Assembly: GCA_977017575.1 (NCBI GenBank)
Contig: CDRNVI010000029.1
Span: forward strand, 434,001-498,000
Reading direction: 5' to 3'
Length of the DNA stretch: 64,000 nucleotides
Source of the DNA: Paramoeba atlantica
Taxonomy: Eukaryota > Protista > Discosea
Notes under the pieces: generated by a model
What the model saw: only the letters and a program-made list of their open reading frames with translations
What the model was told of the DNA's origin: nothing
Databases searched by the model: none
Shown: piece by piece, positions 44,399-54,324 of the stretch
Position numbering within the stretch: the stretch's first letter is position 1
How the letters are laid out: every line of letters begins with the position of its first letter
Program-made: the position numbers and the translations under genes

Positions 44399-45382
44399 AT
44401 GACTACCTTATTCTCCCCCGGGGAGATCGCCTACGTACAGCAAAGCGTGGAACAAAACATGCGCAGCGACGGCCGAAGTCGTACCCAAATCCGCCACGCG
44501 GATATCTCCGTCGGGGTCATCTCCCGCGCCTACGGCAGTTCCCACGTCACCCTGGGCGAGGGCACGGAAGTCCTCGTCGGGGTCTACGGTGAGATTATCC
44601 CCAACCCCGAGGGCTCGCTCAGTATCCACGTCGATTGCACCCCCGCGGTCACCACCTGCTACGCCGCCGGCTCCTCCACCTCCTCCCTCTACCTCGCAAA
44701 AGAGGTTTTCACCCACCAACTCAGTTCCCATCTTAACGCGCTCTACGCCAGTGCCCCGCGAGAGCGCTCGGAGCTGATTCTCATCCCCGGGGGGATCTCT
44801 CCGGGTTCCCCAGCCGTCTCTCGGCCCTCTCCCTGGCCGATTCAGCCCGACCCCTCGAGACTTTCGCTCTTCCAAAGCTTAAGGCTCTCGGCGGACACCG
44901 CGTGGGGGCTAAAAATCGATCTCTCCGTCATGGCAAGCCTTGGGGGGAATGTCCCGCTCGGGGCGACGCTGGCCCTTAAGGCCGCGCTGTGTGACACGAG
45001 ACTGCCGAGGGTGGAGGGGGCGTTGGTGGGGGGAGAGGCCCGGTTGGTCCAGGAGGATCGACGGGCGCTGGGCGGGGCGTGGGAGGTCCCGCTGAGTACG
45101 CTGGTGCTGTGTACCCCGGCGCACTATGTCGTGGACCCGACGTTGCAGGAGGAGTCGGTGCCGGCGACGGGGGTTTTGGTGAGTACGGACCCCGGGGGGG
45201 AGATTTGGGGGGTGCAGACGACAGCGCTGGGGACACGGACGCAGAGTCCCGGGCCGTTGCCGGCGCAGGATTTGTTGTGCGTGGTGAGGGAGGCACCGGG
45301 GATGCTGCAAGCGGCACATGAGGAGCTGGAAGCGAGGCTGGGTCGTGGGAAAGGAGGGTCGGAGGGGAGTAGTGAGGCGTAG
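44399..45382 (+). CDS. Exosome RNase PH-like subunit (Rrp42/EXOSC7-like)
   Basis: MRSDGRSR.Q.R, SRAYGSS.V.LG..TEVLVGV, W.L.ID..V...GGN and L.DTRLP. ATG at 44399. Confidence 0.78.
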   Translation: MTTLFSPGEIAYVQQSVEQNMRSDGRSRTQIRHADISVGVISRAYGSSHVTLGEGTEVLVGVYGEIIPNPEGSLSIHVDCTPAVTTCYAAGSSTSSLYLAKEVFTHQLSSHLNALYASAPRERSELILIPGGISPGSPAVSRPSPWPIQPDPSRLSLFQSLRLSADTAWGLKIDLSVMASLGGNVPLGATLALKAALCDTRLPRVEGALVGGEARLVQEDRRALGGAWEVPLSTLVLCTPAHYVVDPTLQEESVPATGVLVSTDPGGEIWGVQTTALGTRTQSPGPLPAQDLLCVVREAPGMLQAAHEELEARLGRGKGGSEGSSEA

Positions 45383-45415
45383 AGCTGTAGTGTGAGGTTT
45401 TGCGCAGGATAAATA

Positions 45416-46219
45416 CAGGGGTGTAAATTTGGATGTGGGGAGGGTCTAAAATGGGGGGCACATCACGTACCTCTGCCGCAAAACTGACGCTCCCAAGGAG
45501 CAGCAAGGTGAATTGGATGCATGGCATGGGGGGAATGGTGTTATGGTTTGGATAGCAGCGAGTCTTAAGCATGGGTTTCACCTTCACGTTTCTCCTTCTG
45601 TTCGTTCTCAAGGAAACCGAGGTACAGTGACGGGGGCTATTTGATGAAGCCATGAAGAAGCGTGGAGGGTTAATTTCTTACCTTAAGCGGCACCGTTCTA
45701 GCGTTATTGCAATGGATAACTGTACGGTGCACAATCTGGCCAGGACAAGCTTTCAAGAAACAGGAATTACTGTTCTTCCTTTGCCGGCAAAATCACCTGA
45801 TCTCATGCCCGTTGAAAATTTATGGTCCATAATGGACAATTTCAAAAATGGTTTGGCCCCTAGAAATCGTACAGATTTGATCATTGCGATCGAAGCAGCG
45901 TTTTAAGATCTTCAAACGACACATTCTATAGCCTCTGAAAACGCTATGAAGAGCTTTCGTAAGCGATGCCGTATTGTGATTGAAAAGAACGGCGGAAACT
46001 GCAATTATTAATTTTTTTTTCTATTTTTTCCCGTGCTTTAGAAAGTTGCAAATCGCATTTGGGGGCCCTTTGTCGAGGGGGCAATACCCCCTTGTGCCTA
46101 TCGCGGCCATGTTGCGTTCATGAGCCCTGTTCGAGAGTTCTCGAATGCGCTATTATTTTCCACAATTGGCCAAGTTTTACGAATTTTAGACCCCCCCCAC
46201 ATCCAAATTTACACCCCTG
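45416..46219 (+). mobile_element. Internally deleted Tc1/IS630-type transposon; links the MITE family to a transposase
   Basis: TA|CAGGGGTGTAAATTTGGATGTG ... CACATCCAAATTTACACCCCTG|TA. Interior remnants read VMVWIAAS and MDNCTVH...LPAKSPDLMPVENLW (45652-45906). Confidence 0.9.
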
Positions 46220-46381
46220 TATATACAATAGTAGTGAAATTTGCTAAAGATTTCCTAGAGATTAAATAAACTTCATATCGTGTACTTCAAATGTTTTAAA
46301 TTTGCGTTAGTTGCTATTTTATAATTTGGTTTTTTGCTCCTCTTTTGACATGAGACGGATGACAAACCTTTTTCTCTTTGC

Positions 46382-47554
46382 ATGTGTTTAGCAGGCATAT
46401 TATTGAACATCAGCGAGGAGATACCATTACTGATTTTTCAGAACCGCGACGAATTTGTTGAACGGGCGCGGACTGAAACTGGATCTTATGAACTTGAGTT
46501 GGAAAGCGGTATAGTATGTGCACGTGACGTTAGCAGGAACGTACGCCAGCTTTGCTTGGAACCGTTTCACGACTCGCAAAATTCGAAGCTAGATGAACCC
46601 CTCATCCACATTTCCGAGTTATGCTCCAAGAAAAGGAACACTCAATTAGGGAAAAAACTTTCTTCGGATATCTCGCTTCATAGCAGGGTCGATTTAGTAA
46701 ACGCGAATCGCACTTGGTTTGGTATTAATCCAAGTCGCTCTGCTTTTGCCTTTCTTACTAATATTAGAGGGACTGCTAATGGGAACACCACACGAGGGGT
46801 CTTAGTCCCGGCGGTTCTTACCGGGAATTTGCCACTCTTGAATACCGAAGCTGCACGCTTAGTCACATTTTCTGGGTACAACCTGTTTTACGGAGGGCTC
46901 ACACATCATTCCTTACACGGGTGTAAAGCTTGTTTGTATTACAAAACTCACGGTGCAATCACCAATTCTTCCAATACGAACACAAAAGCAAACGATGAAC
47001 TGGTGGACCCGTTAGATCCGGGTATACATGTCATTGGTAACTCAACTCTTAATGACATGAGTTGGCCACGTGTTGGTTTGTTGCGAAAGAGGATCGAAGA
47101 GAGATTAGTTCCTTGTCTACAAAGTCTCAGTAAAACAACTTTTGAGGAAGAGTGCTTAGTCTCAGCAGATGCAACATGCCGAGATTCTTCCCCGATGGAA
47201 ATCAAGCACATCATGAATATGGCTGCAGATCTGTTATGTGAATCATCTGACATAGATTCGAAAGCGTACCTCCAGTATACACGGGATACGGATTCTCTAG
47301 AGCAATATCTAAGAAAGGAAATATTCCTTAAAGGAGTTTTTATCGAAGGAAAGAAATACCAAACTTGTGCTCAAAACGTACTTTGCATTCACCGAAGAAA
47401 ACTTACTTGTAGTAATGGAGTCACGTCGACAAACCCTTTGTATCAGTATGAATATTTTTTTGAATCTTGGTACCGAACTACACAAACTAATAGTAATCAC
47501 GGAACCTGGGTAAAGACTAGATATAAAATAAATGTGGATGAACATGTAGAATAG
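46382..47554 (+). CDS. TANGO2/NRDE-family protein
   Basis: MCL...LLIFQNRDEF..R, TWFGIN...AFLTN, TRG.LV, SGYNL and GIHVIGNSTLNDMSWPRV. Confidence 0.85.
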   Translation: MCLAGILLNISEEIPLLIFQNRDEFVERARTETGSYELELESGIVCARDVSRNVRQLCLEPFHDSQNSKLDEPLIHISELCSKKRNTQLGKKLSSDISLHSRVDLVNANRTWFGINPSRSAFAFLTNIRGTANGNTTRGVLVPAVLTGNLPLLNTEAARLVTFSGYNLFYGGLTHHSLHGCKACLYYKTHGAITNSSNTNTKANDELVDPLDPGIHVIGNSTLNDMSWPRVGLLRKRIEERLVPCLQSLSKTTFEEECLVSADATCRDSSPMEIKHIMNMAADLLCESSDIDSKAYLQYTRDTDSLEQYLRKEIFLKGVFIEGKKYQTCAQNVLCIHRRKLTCSNGVTSTNPLYQYEYFFESWYRTTQTNSNHGTWVKTRYKINVDEHVE

Positions 47555-47831
47555 GAGTCTCTGAAAGGAATCTAATTTTGTAAGCGTAGAGTCCACTCCG
47601 TAGGCCATTAAATTGGCCTTCATGTTGCTGTGTTAGAGACATCAATGGCGTTCCTTTATGAAATAATGTTATGGTTCACTATACTGCATAAAGGTGAGAT
47701 TCCTTTCTTTTTAACGTATCCCGTTTATCCTTTTATAGATACGTGTGGTCAAAAGGCGACGCAAGACAAGGTCACACCTGTTACCTCCTTCATACAGTGT
47801 AGCTCTCCACTGAGCAAGTGTCCATTGAGCA

Positions 47832-48647
47832 ATGTCAGCGGGAACGACTTTATCGTTCATCGTGGTATTCGGTCCTTCCATTCTGACTATTCCCTATTTT
47901 TATTGCAACCCGCCTTTGTTCATTCTTGCTTTACTTGGGGCTTTTGCGGAATTATGGAATTTACACGTTCTTGCTCTCCTGCAACTCATTTTCGCAAAGT
48001 TGTCGTACTGCAAATATATCGTTCTAGTGCTGTCTAACGCGTTCTGGCTTCTTCTTCATTGGACCCTTTACAGGGCTCTACAGCACGTTGAAGCCGAGTC
48101 AAATAAGCATGATCGAACCCTTATAAGTTCTCAGGATTATCCTCTTCCCCTTGGAGTAGCTTTCGGACTGGGCATTGGGTTAATGAAGGCGTTACTCTTG
48201 TATTGTGTTTCACCAGCGTCACTGTTCACGAAAGAGTTGTCTTGCCTTTACCGGGACTACCTCAGTGATCTTTACTCAGCCTCTCTACTCTGTAGCATCA
48301 AAATATTTTTGGAAGCGTGTTGGACATGTGCCCTCTTGGGATGCCTGTTTTTGATTGCCTCGGGAGAGAACACTACGCCCTCCATCGAACGAACAGAAAT
48401 AAGAAGACCGTTGAATTTCTCTCTCGAGTATTGGTACTCGTCGAACATATTTTTTGGGTTTATCCTTATCATGTTGATCGTTACTTTTCGCATTATTTTC
48501 GTCATCATGCAATCAAGTAAGGGGGTTCTGGGGAGTACATTTTTGGTGATTATAATGGGAGCAACCGTCTGTATTACTTTTAGTGTTTATTGGCGTTTAA
48601 GAAAAGTACGCCACGTTGCTCCATTAGGACAGGTAGCAAGTCCTTAA
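47832..48647 (+). CDS. Multi-pass membrane protein, APH-1-like (gamma-secretase subunit)
   Basis: FIVVFGP..., LFILALLGAF and GVAFGLGIG resemble APH-1. About 7 hydrophobic segments. Confidence 0.55.
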   Translation: MSAGTTLSFIVVFGPSILTIPYFYCNPPLFILALLGAFAELWNLHVLALLQLIFAKLSYCKYIVLVLSNAFWLLLHWTLYRALQHVEAESNKHDRTLISSQDYPLPLGVAFGLGIGLMKALLLYCVSPASLFTKELSCLYRDYLSDLYSASLLCSIKIFLEACWTCALLGCLFLIASGENTTPSIERTEIRRPLNFSLEYWYSSNIFFGFILIMLIVTFRIIFVIMQSSKGVLGSTFLVIIMGATVCITFSVYWRLRKVRHVAPLGQVASP

Positions 48648-48824
48648 GAAATAGTGTTAAGAAATAGTGCGGTGTATTTTAGGTCCCGAACTAGCTTTTC
48701 TTTAGGCCAATTATTATTGGTACGCGCTGAAAAAACTTCTAAACTTGATTATAACAACATCGAAAGGAATACCCTGCAGCGTCTATACACTGTACACATA
48801 GTACATCGTCACAATTAGAAACTC

Positions 48825-49604
48825 ATGGATTCGACTTATGATTTTCTTCTGCCAGCGGACCCCGACGCCCCTGAAGTGCCATGGGCGTGGTCAGAATGGA
48901 CTACATGCCGTGCGAATCTATACTCTACGCAAGTTGAGCGTCAGCTCGAGGGTATAGAAATGGTTACCCGTTGGGAGCTACGAGCAGGCGACGCCACTCG
49001 CCTGATTGATCTTACCGCAGCGTTAGTTCGCGTTGGAGTGTTGCATGAGGAGTTAGCGGAGTCTCTTCGAATGCGCGTAAGGTACAAAGATTCCTCGGTT
49101 CCAGATTCGCTTTCTCATGTTATTTGCGATGCACGTGGTCACGTCCATGTGCTCTGTTTGGCCTACTCAATGGCATTGGTTCGTCTCGTAAATGCAATTA
49201 CGGATCATTTTCCTGTAACGCTGAACAAGGAGGGACGTAGTAGTGTGCGACAAAGGGCACAAGCGCGTGGGTTGCCACCGGAGCTAGTTACTCTTCGTCA
49301 CTGTGCGACACATACCGAACTACCAGCTCTCCAAGAACTATTGTGCTGCAAAAAGGTGGCAATGGATTATTTGTGGAAGATATATTGGAAGCCGCAATAT
49401 GATTTGTTACAAAAAGCCCGCAGGAAATATGAGTCTAGCAAAAGTTCGAAAAAGCGAAATTTGCAAAAGGACGCAAAGGAATATACTGGCGAAGATAAAA
49501 GTGGACTGACGCACAGCAACGCGACAAAAGATCGGGAAAAAACTATAAGCAGGGTAAGAGAAGAGGAGTGCAGTGATCCGCCTTCCCCTCCTGATTTTGA
49601 ATAA
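48825..49604 (+). CDS. LAS1: Las1-like pre-rRNA endonuclease (HEPN)
   Basis: PWAWSEW, LAYSMALVRLVN, GLPPELVTLRHCATHTELP and YLWKIYWKPQ. Confidence 0.9.
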   Translation: MDSTYDFLLPADPDAPEVPWAWSEWTTCRANLYSTQVERQLEGIEMVTRWELRAGDATRLIDLTAALVRVGVLHEELAESLRMRVRYKDSSVPDSLSHVICDARGHVHVLCLAYSMALVRLVNAITDHFPVTLNKEGRSSVRQRAQARGLPPELVTLRHCATHTELPALQELLCCKKVAMDYLWKIYWKPQYDLLQKARRKYESSKSSKKRNLQKDAKEYTGEDKSGLTHSNATKDREKTISRVREEECSDPPSPPDFE

Positions 49605-50023
49605 GTTGCGCTTCTCAGACTACTGGCTCGCGGTACCTTGTTTTCTTGCAAGAATGATTTTTTCGGTCCCTCCATCTTACCTCAAGTGTAGGTTTGTTTC
49701 GAGAGACTTTTCCCGCATCCTACCGGGGATGTCCCCGACAATTTGCCGGGGAACTCCCATCTAATTAGCTTTGTTTTTTGGGGATGTTTTTAGCGATGTT
49801 TTTTGACTGGGTCACCAAGCGCTGATTTTACCAGAGCCGGACGACGCTGTGTTAGGAGAGTCAACGAAAATTAATTTCTACCGTTAAAAGAAACAAAAAT
49901 AGCTTTCCTTTCCTTATGCTAAGGTTCCTTAGAGTTTTTGCTCTTATTAGAATTATTCGTACTCAGAAAAATACATGATTTTCTTATACTGATTACCAAC
50001 GAGGTCATCGTTGCAAAAGCTCC

Positions 50024-50971
50024 ATGACCAGTACTTACTCTCTGGCCAAATTTCTTACATCTGCTAGAAAACATAAAACAGAGGTTGGCTGGCATAAAAT
50101 CATTGAATCACTCCGTGAGCTTGAAAGGACGGCTCATATGCGGGGCTGTTTTGATCTTGCATTACGCACCAAAGGGACAAGCTCCGATTCTCCAGTAGGT
50201 AAGGTACAACAATTAAAAGTATGGCTTAGTACCCTGCCGTGGGAGATTGAAAATGGACTGAATCGATATCCCGAAACCGGTATGGGTGGAAATAAGCTTC
50301 AGGAATCTACTCTATTTCTACCACATGCAGACTCTACCACTTCTTTTTGCGCACAACTTGATTATTGTTCCAATCAGCCTCACGGCATGCTTTTTTACCA
50401 CGACAAGCCGTCAACCTATCGAGCCCCACATATTTATTGGATATCCAAAGTTGAGTTTGATCTCGACCTAGCTATGTACAGCGCATCAGGAGAAATTCTA
50501 GGGTCTTTTCCTCAAGGATTGAGGCGTGGTGACACAGAACGAATACTTCAATGTCCACAGGGAACTCAGTACGTCCTGGAAACGCAGAAAGGGGTGCTCC
50601 CCGCTCAGCATAGTGCAATTCTTTGTTCCGCGGGGGATAAAAGTTTCAGCGGTCACAGGAGAGTTCGATACACCCCCCCTTTGTTAATCGAAAATGAAGT
50701 GGTTAAAAAAAGTAGTTCATTAATTGAGTACGATTTTGACAACCTAAGTTCGAACATGGCGTGCGAAATAGCTCTACGACGATCAATTGACGCAGAAGTC
50801 ATACGCCCTCTGAACGGTTTTCTTACAAATCGGGATGCTCTTGTCTCCTTTTCGCCACGATTAAGACCTCGATGGTTAATTTATCGAACAAACGACCCTT
50901 CGCGCACGCAATTTACAGTTTCTATTCAGCTTCTCCGAAAGTTAAATCTTACATGCCCTACATTCCTTTAG
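50024..50971 (+). CDS. Hypothetical protein
   Basis: 315-aa ATG ORF co-oriented with the cluster. No motif recognised. Confidence 0.55.
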   Translation: MTSTYSLAKFLTSARKHKTEVGWHKIIESLRELERTAHMRGCFDLALRTKGTSSDSPVGKVQQLKVWLSTLPWEIENGLNRYPETGMGGNKLQESTLFLPHADSTTSFCAQLDYCSNQPHGMLFYHDKPSTYRAPHIYWISKVEFDLDLAMYSASGEILGSFPQGLRRGDTERILQCPQGTQYVLETQKGVLPAQHSAILCSAGDKSFSGHRRVRYTPPLLIENEVVKKSSSLIEYDFDNLSSNMACEIALRRSIDAEVIRPLNGFLTNRDALVSFSPRLRPRWLIYRTNDPSRTQFTVSIQLLRKLNLTCPTFL

Positions 50972-51035
50972 CGCAACATTCTTTCAAAAAAGCAATGGAG
51001 AGTGCTTCTTTATCACTGCGCAGTTCATAGAAATA

Positions 51036-51229
51036 GTTGCTTCGTTAAACGCGGTAGTTGTTTTCAACATACAGGTTGCTTTCAACGTGTACAAGGCACT
51101 GCCGCTGCGCGCCTCATGTTGAAAACTAAGCGCATGTTTAACGAAGTGACTGATGATTTCATATTTTTAAAGCTGGAAGATAGAGCTGTATTACCGACTT
51201 GCGCATATGACGCAGTCATATAAACTTTA
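51036..51229. mobile_element. Left-end fragment of the pogo-associated TIR family
   Basis: TA|GTTGCTTCGTTAAACGCGGTAGTTGTTTTCAACATACAG matches 739-779. Confidence 0.6.
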
Positions 51230-51230
51230 T

Positions 51231-52334
51231 GAGGGGCAGCGGGTCGCGAGGTTTCACGAGGTTTCGCGAGGTTTCACCGAGGTTTCGCATCCACAATAAT
51301 TTTGTAGGGGTGATCACCGGAAAATATTGATTATTTGTTATTTTAGCAAAGTGCTCTTTTAATTTATGTACACACATACTTTACCCCCCTAGTTATCAGT
51401 AACTTTCTGGCACTTCGATTTTTTCGTCGACCCCCCCTAGTTATCTGTCACCTTTTAAAAATAGTAATTTTTAAACCCAGATTGAAAGGGGCGAGGGAGA
51501 TACAAGCGATCTTGAGCAAATAATTTTTTTTTCGATTTTTTTAGTAAAATGTCGATGTCGGGAATCGAACCGCGGACGTTCAGCGTCAAAATGGAACCAC
51601 TCTACCAACTGGACTACTCAAAGGACGCTCCTTAGTCAACCAGTTTGTCGTATCGCAGACCTTTGCACACGCACTTTTTTATACGAAAAGTGTTCTAAAA
51701 TTTGGGAAATACGGTTGTTTTAGATGATTTTTGGAGTATTGAAGAGTTCATCCAATGACCTATTGCTATGTTTTGGAATTTTGAAAAAAACTCGATCTTA
51801 TGCTTCTTTGACGATCTTTTTCAGTTTTTGGAATTAACCTTAGTAAGCGAGTTAGATACTCCGTATCTCCCTCAATTAATGTTAAATAGTATAGAGCAAA
51901 GCAATTGTAAGACAAACAACTCTTTTTTCACGTCTTCTGACCCTTTTGAAAAATAAAAGATGCGGTGCAGATTGAATTGGTTCTGATGTATGGATCATTG
52001 TGCGTGAATCCTCAGTATGAGTTTGCCACATACATTAACAGATCTCTTAAAATTTTCAATGAAGAGAACCAATGCCTGTGTAGTCGTGGTTGTGGCGTTG
52101 CTGAACCGATTTTTGAAAGACGTTAAAATGAATTTATCTAGCACTGAGTATTGCTGTATTTCTATTTTATTTTATTTGCTGAGTTGTTGGACGACAAACA
52201 CTTGAGCATGGCTTTGAGGGATTTTAGCTGAGTTTCGCGAGGTTTCACCGAGGTTTTAACCTCGTAAAACCTCATTTTCAGGAGGTTTCACTGAGGTTTT
52301 ACGAGGTTTCGCGAGGTTTCACCCGCAGCCCCTC
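51231..52334. mobile_element. MITE-like element with GAGGGG...CCCCTC termini and 10-bp subterminal arrays
   Basis: GAGGGGCAGCGGG is inverted to CCCGCAGCCCCTC (1 mismatch). GAGGTTTC(A/G)C arrays sit at both ends in the same orientation. Flanks are TTAT and ATAT. Confidence 0.75.
51550..51623 (-). pseudogene. tRNA-like sequence with intact A and B boxes but degenerate stems
   Basis: The minus strand has TAGTCCAGTTGG and GGTTCGATTCC at tRNA spacing over 74 nt. The acceptor, anticodon and T stems mostly fail to pair. Confidence 0.55.
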
Positions 52335-52345
52335 ATATTTATATA

Positions 52346-53059
52346 CAGGTGTGGGCACGAAAATGTGGGGGAGGTCAAAATTTATATAACTTGGCAAATT
52401 TTTGGAAAGTAGCACCGCATTCGAGAGCTCTCGCAGAGTTACGTGTCATGTGATAATGCGTTTCCCGCATTTTTAAATTTTTTAAAATAATACAAAAAAT
52501 CTTATACAAAAAAGTGCAAAATTCTGCAGTTAGGTCACTTTTTCGCTTTTTCCGTCCTCCTTTTTATTGGATAGGTCAGAAAAGAGCATTTTCAAATGAT
52601 AGAAAGGTACAGAAACGTGACATGGGCTGTTACAGTTATTGTGGACAAATAAAAGCCTCCCATAATATCTTCCAGGTAAAGAAATATGGTTCAAGCAGGT
52701 TGTCATGAGAAAATCGGAGGGAATTACATGTTGCACTAAATTCAGACATTGAATTATTAAAGGGAGAACAACATGGCGTGTTCTTAAGTGCTTTACAGAG
52801 CATGTCTAGGTGAATTATGATTGTACTTGAAAAAAAATGAGGATCCTTGCGGAGATTATTCACTTTTTTTTGAGTTTTTTGAAGTTGCAGTCGTCACTTT
52901 TACCCCCTTTGGCATAGAGACCTACCCCCCTGGATACGGGAAACGCATTATCACATGACACGGAACTCTGCAAGAGCTCTCGAATGCGGTGCTATTTTCC
53001 AAAATTGGCCAAGTCACACGAATTTTGACCCCCCCCCCACATTTTCGTGCCCACCCCTG
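52346..53059. mobile_element. Tc1/IS630-type MITE, second subfamily, with TA duplication
   Basis: TA|CAGGTGTGGGCACGAAAATGTGGGG ... CCCCACATTTTCGTGCCCACCCCTG|TA, with ~120-bp TIRs. Confidence 0.88.
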
Positions 53060-53409
53060 TATGCGTATGACGCAGTCAGTAATACAGATTATTCAAAACC
53101 AGTCTCGGAGTCTTCACTCCATTGTTTGCTGTCACACCTTTGCCATATATTACTATAAGTATATATTACTACTAAGTATAGTAGTCGATTGGTTAGCGGT
53201 ATTTGAGCGACATACTACGATTTTTTTTTACACCATTTGTTCATCATGGACCTCTCCAGATGTACTACATTTTTTTCTTTAAACTGCTAAACATTTAGCA
53301 GTTACTGTGTTTCGAAGTAGGTGAATTCAATAATTTCGCCAGAGATTTATATGCTACGACATAACAGTCAGAAGGAAGAACTCTCTCTTATAAAACTTGG
53401 GAATTTTCT

Positions 53410-53979
53410 ATGCTTTTCCCTACCACTGTGCTTCAGCGGAAAGCCATTGTCCGTAGCAAGACGCGACTCAATGGGGCACCGGGTCCTCTTCGCATAAAGT
53501 TATTTTCCGATCGTCGGGTACCAGCGGTGCAACGTTTTTCTGACATTATTGTGGCAAGGCGGCATACGCCATACAATCCTGGTCGACGCGTCATTCACTA
53601 CATGGGAAAACATGTTCCTCATCCTCAAAAATCTCTTTGGTCTCCCGATAGTCCGATTCCACAGGATCGTCATTTATTTAAAATGACAACTTTGGACATT
53701 GATGCCTTCAAGTATTACTATGGCGTAGCACGAGCTGATCTAGATCCCAAGGTTTGGGAGATTTTATCTCATGCTGGTCTGTTACCTCCTCCATATGAAA
53801 AAATTAATTACATGCTTCCTATGCCCATTTTTGATAAGTCATCACTGTATCGCTACTATTTAAGAAAAAGACCCAGCGTAGAAGAGCTTGAGAGGCGAGA
53901 CTATTTGGATTATAGCAACGGAATGGTTCGAACACCAGAGGAGCGAGCTGCTCGAATGCCGCAGGAGCCTTGGCTATAA
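53410..53979 (+). CDS. Mitochondrial ribosomal protein bS16m-like, extended
   Basis: LRIKL...DIIVA...MGKH.P...LDIDAFKYYYGVARA.LDPKVWEILSHAGLLP aligns by eye to the S16 pattern. Confidence 0.65.
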   Translation: MLFPTTVLQRKAIVRSKTRLNGAPGPLRIKLFSDRRVPAVQRFSDIIVARRHTPYNPGRRVIHYMGKHVPHPQKSLWSPDSPIPQDRHLFKMTTLDIDAFKYYYGVARADLDPKVWEILSHAGLLPPPYEKINYMLPMPIFDKSSLYRYYLRKRPSVEELERRDYLDYSNGMVRTPEERAARMPQEPWL

Positions 53980-54324
53980 GACAAGACGAAACACGTACCT
54001 TAAAATGGGGCATAGTGAATAATGGCCCGAACGATATTTTATTCACGTTTCCGTCATTAAGTTTTGGCACATTGTTCTTTACTTGGTGCGTAGAGAATGT
54101 AATGCAGAGCAGTCTGCATCCGGGACGTACTGTGCACTCTAAAGTTTCCAAACATATATTTATGTTGAGTATATTTTTTTATGGATTTCTTTTACGGATT
54201 TTACGTTCTTTTACTATGATGTTCACTTTTTTATAAATTGTGTATGCAATTTAAGTAGTGTGCGTCCATTTTTTTTAAATTTTGATCCTATCGATCGTAT
54301 TCCAGGGGGCGATCTTGATTTCTC

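Noticed and set aside
51241-52325. CRISPR-like array from the GAGGTTTC repeats
   Set aside because: These are contiguous 10-bp units with no spacers, in a eukaryotic context, and are explained as MITE subterminal repeats.
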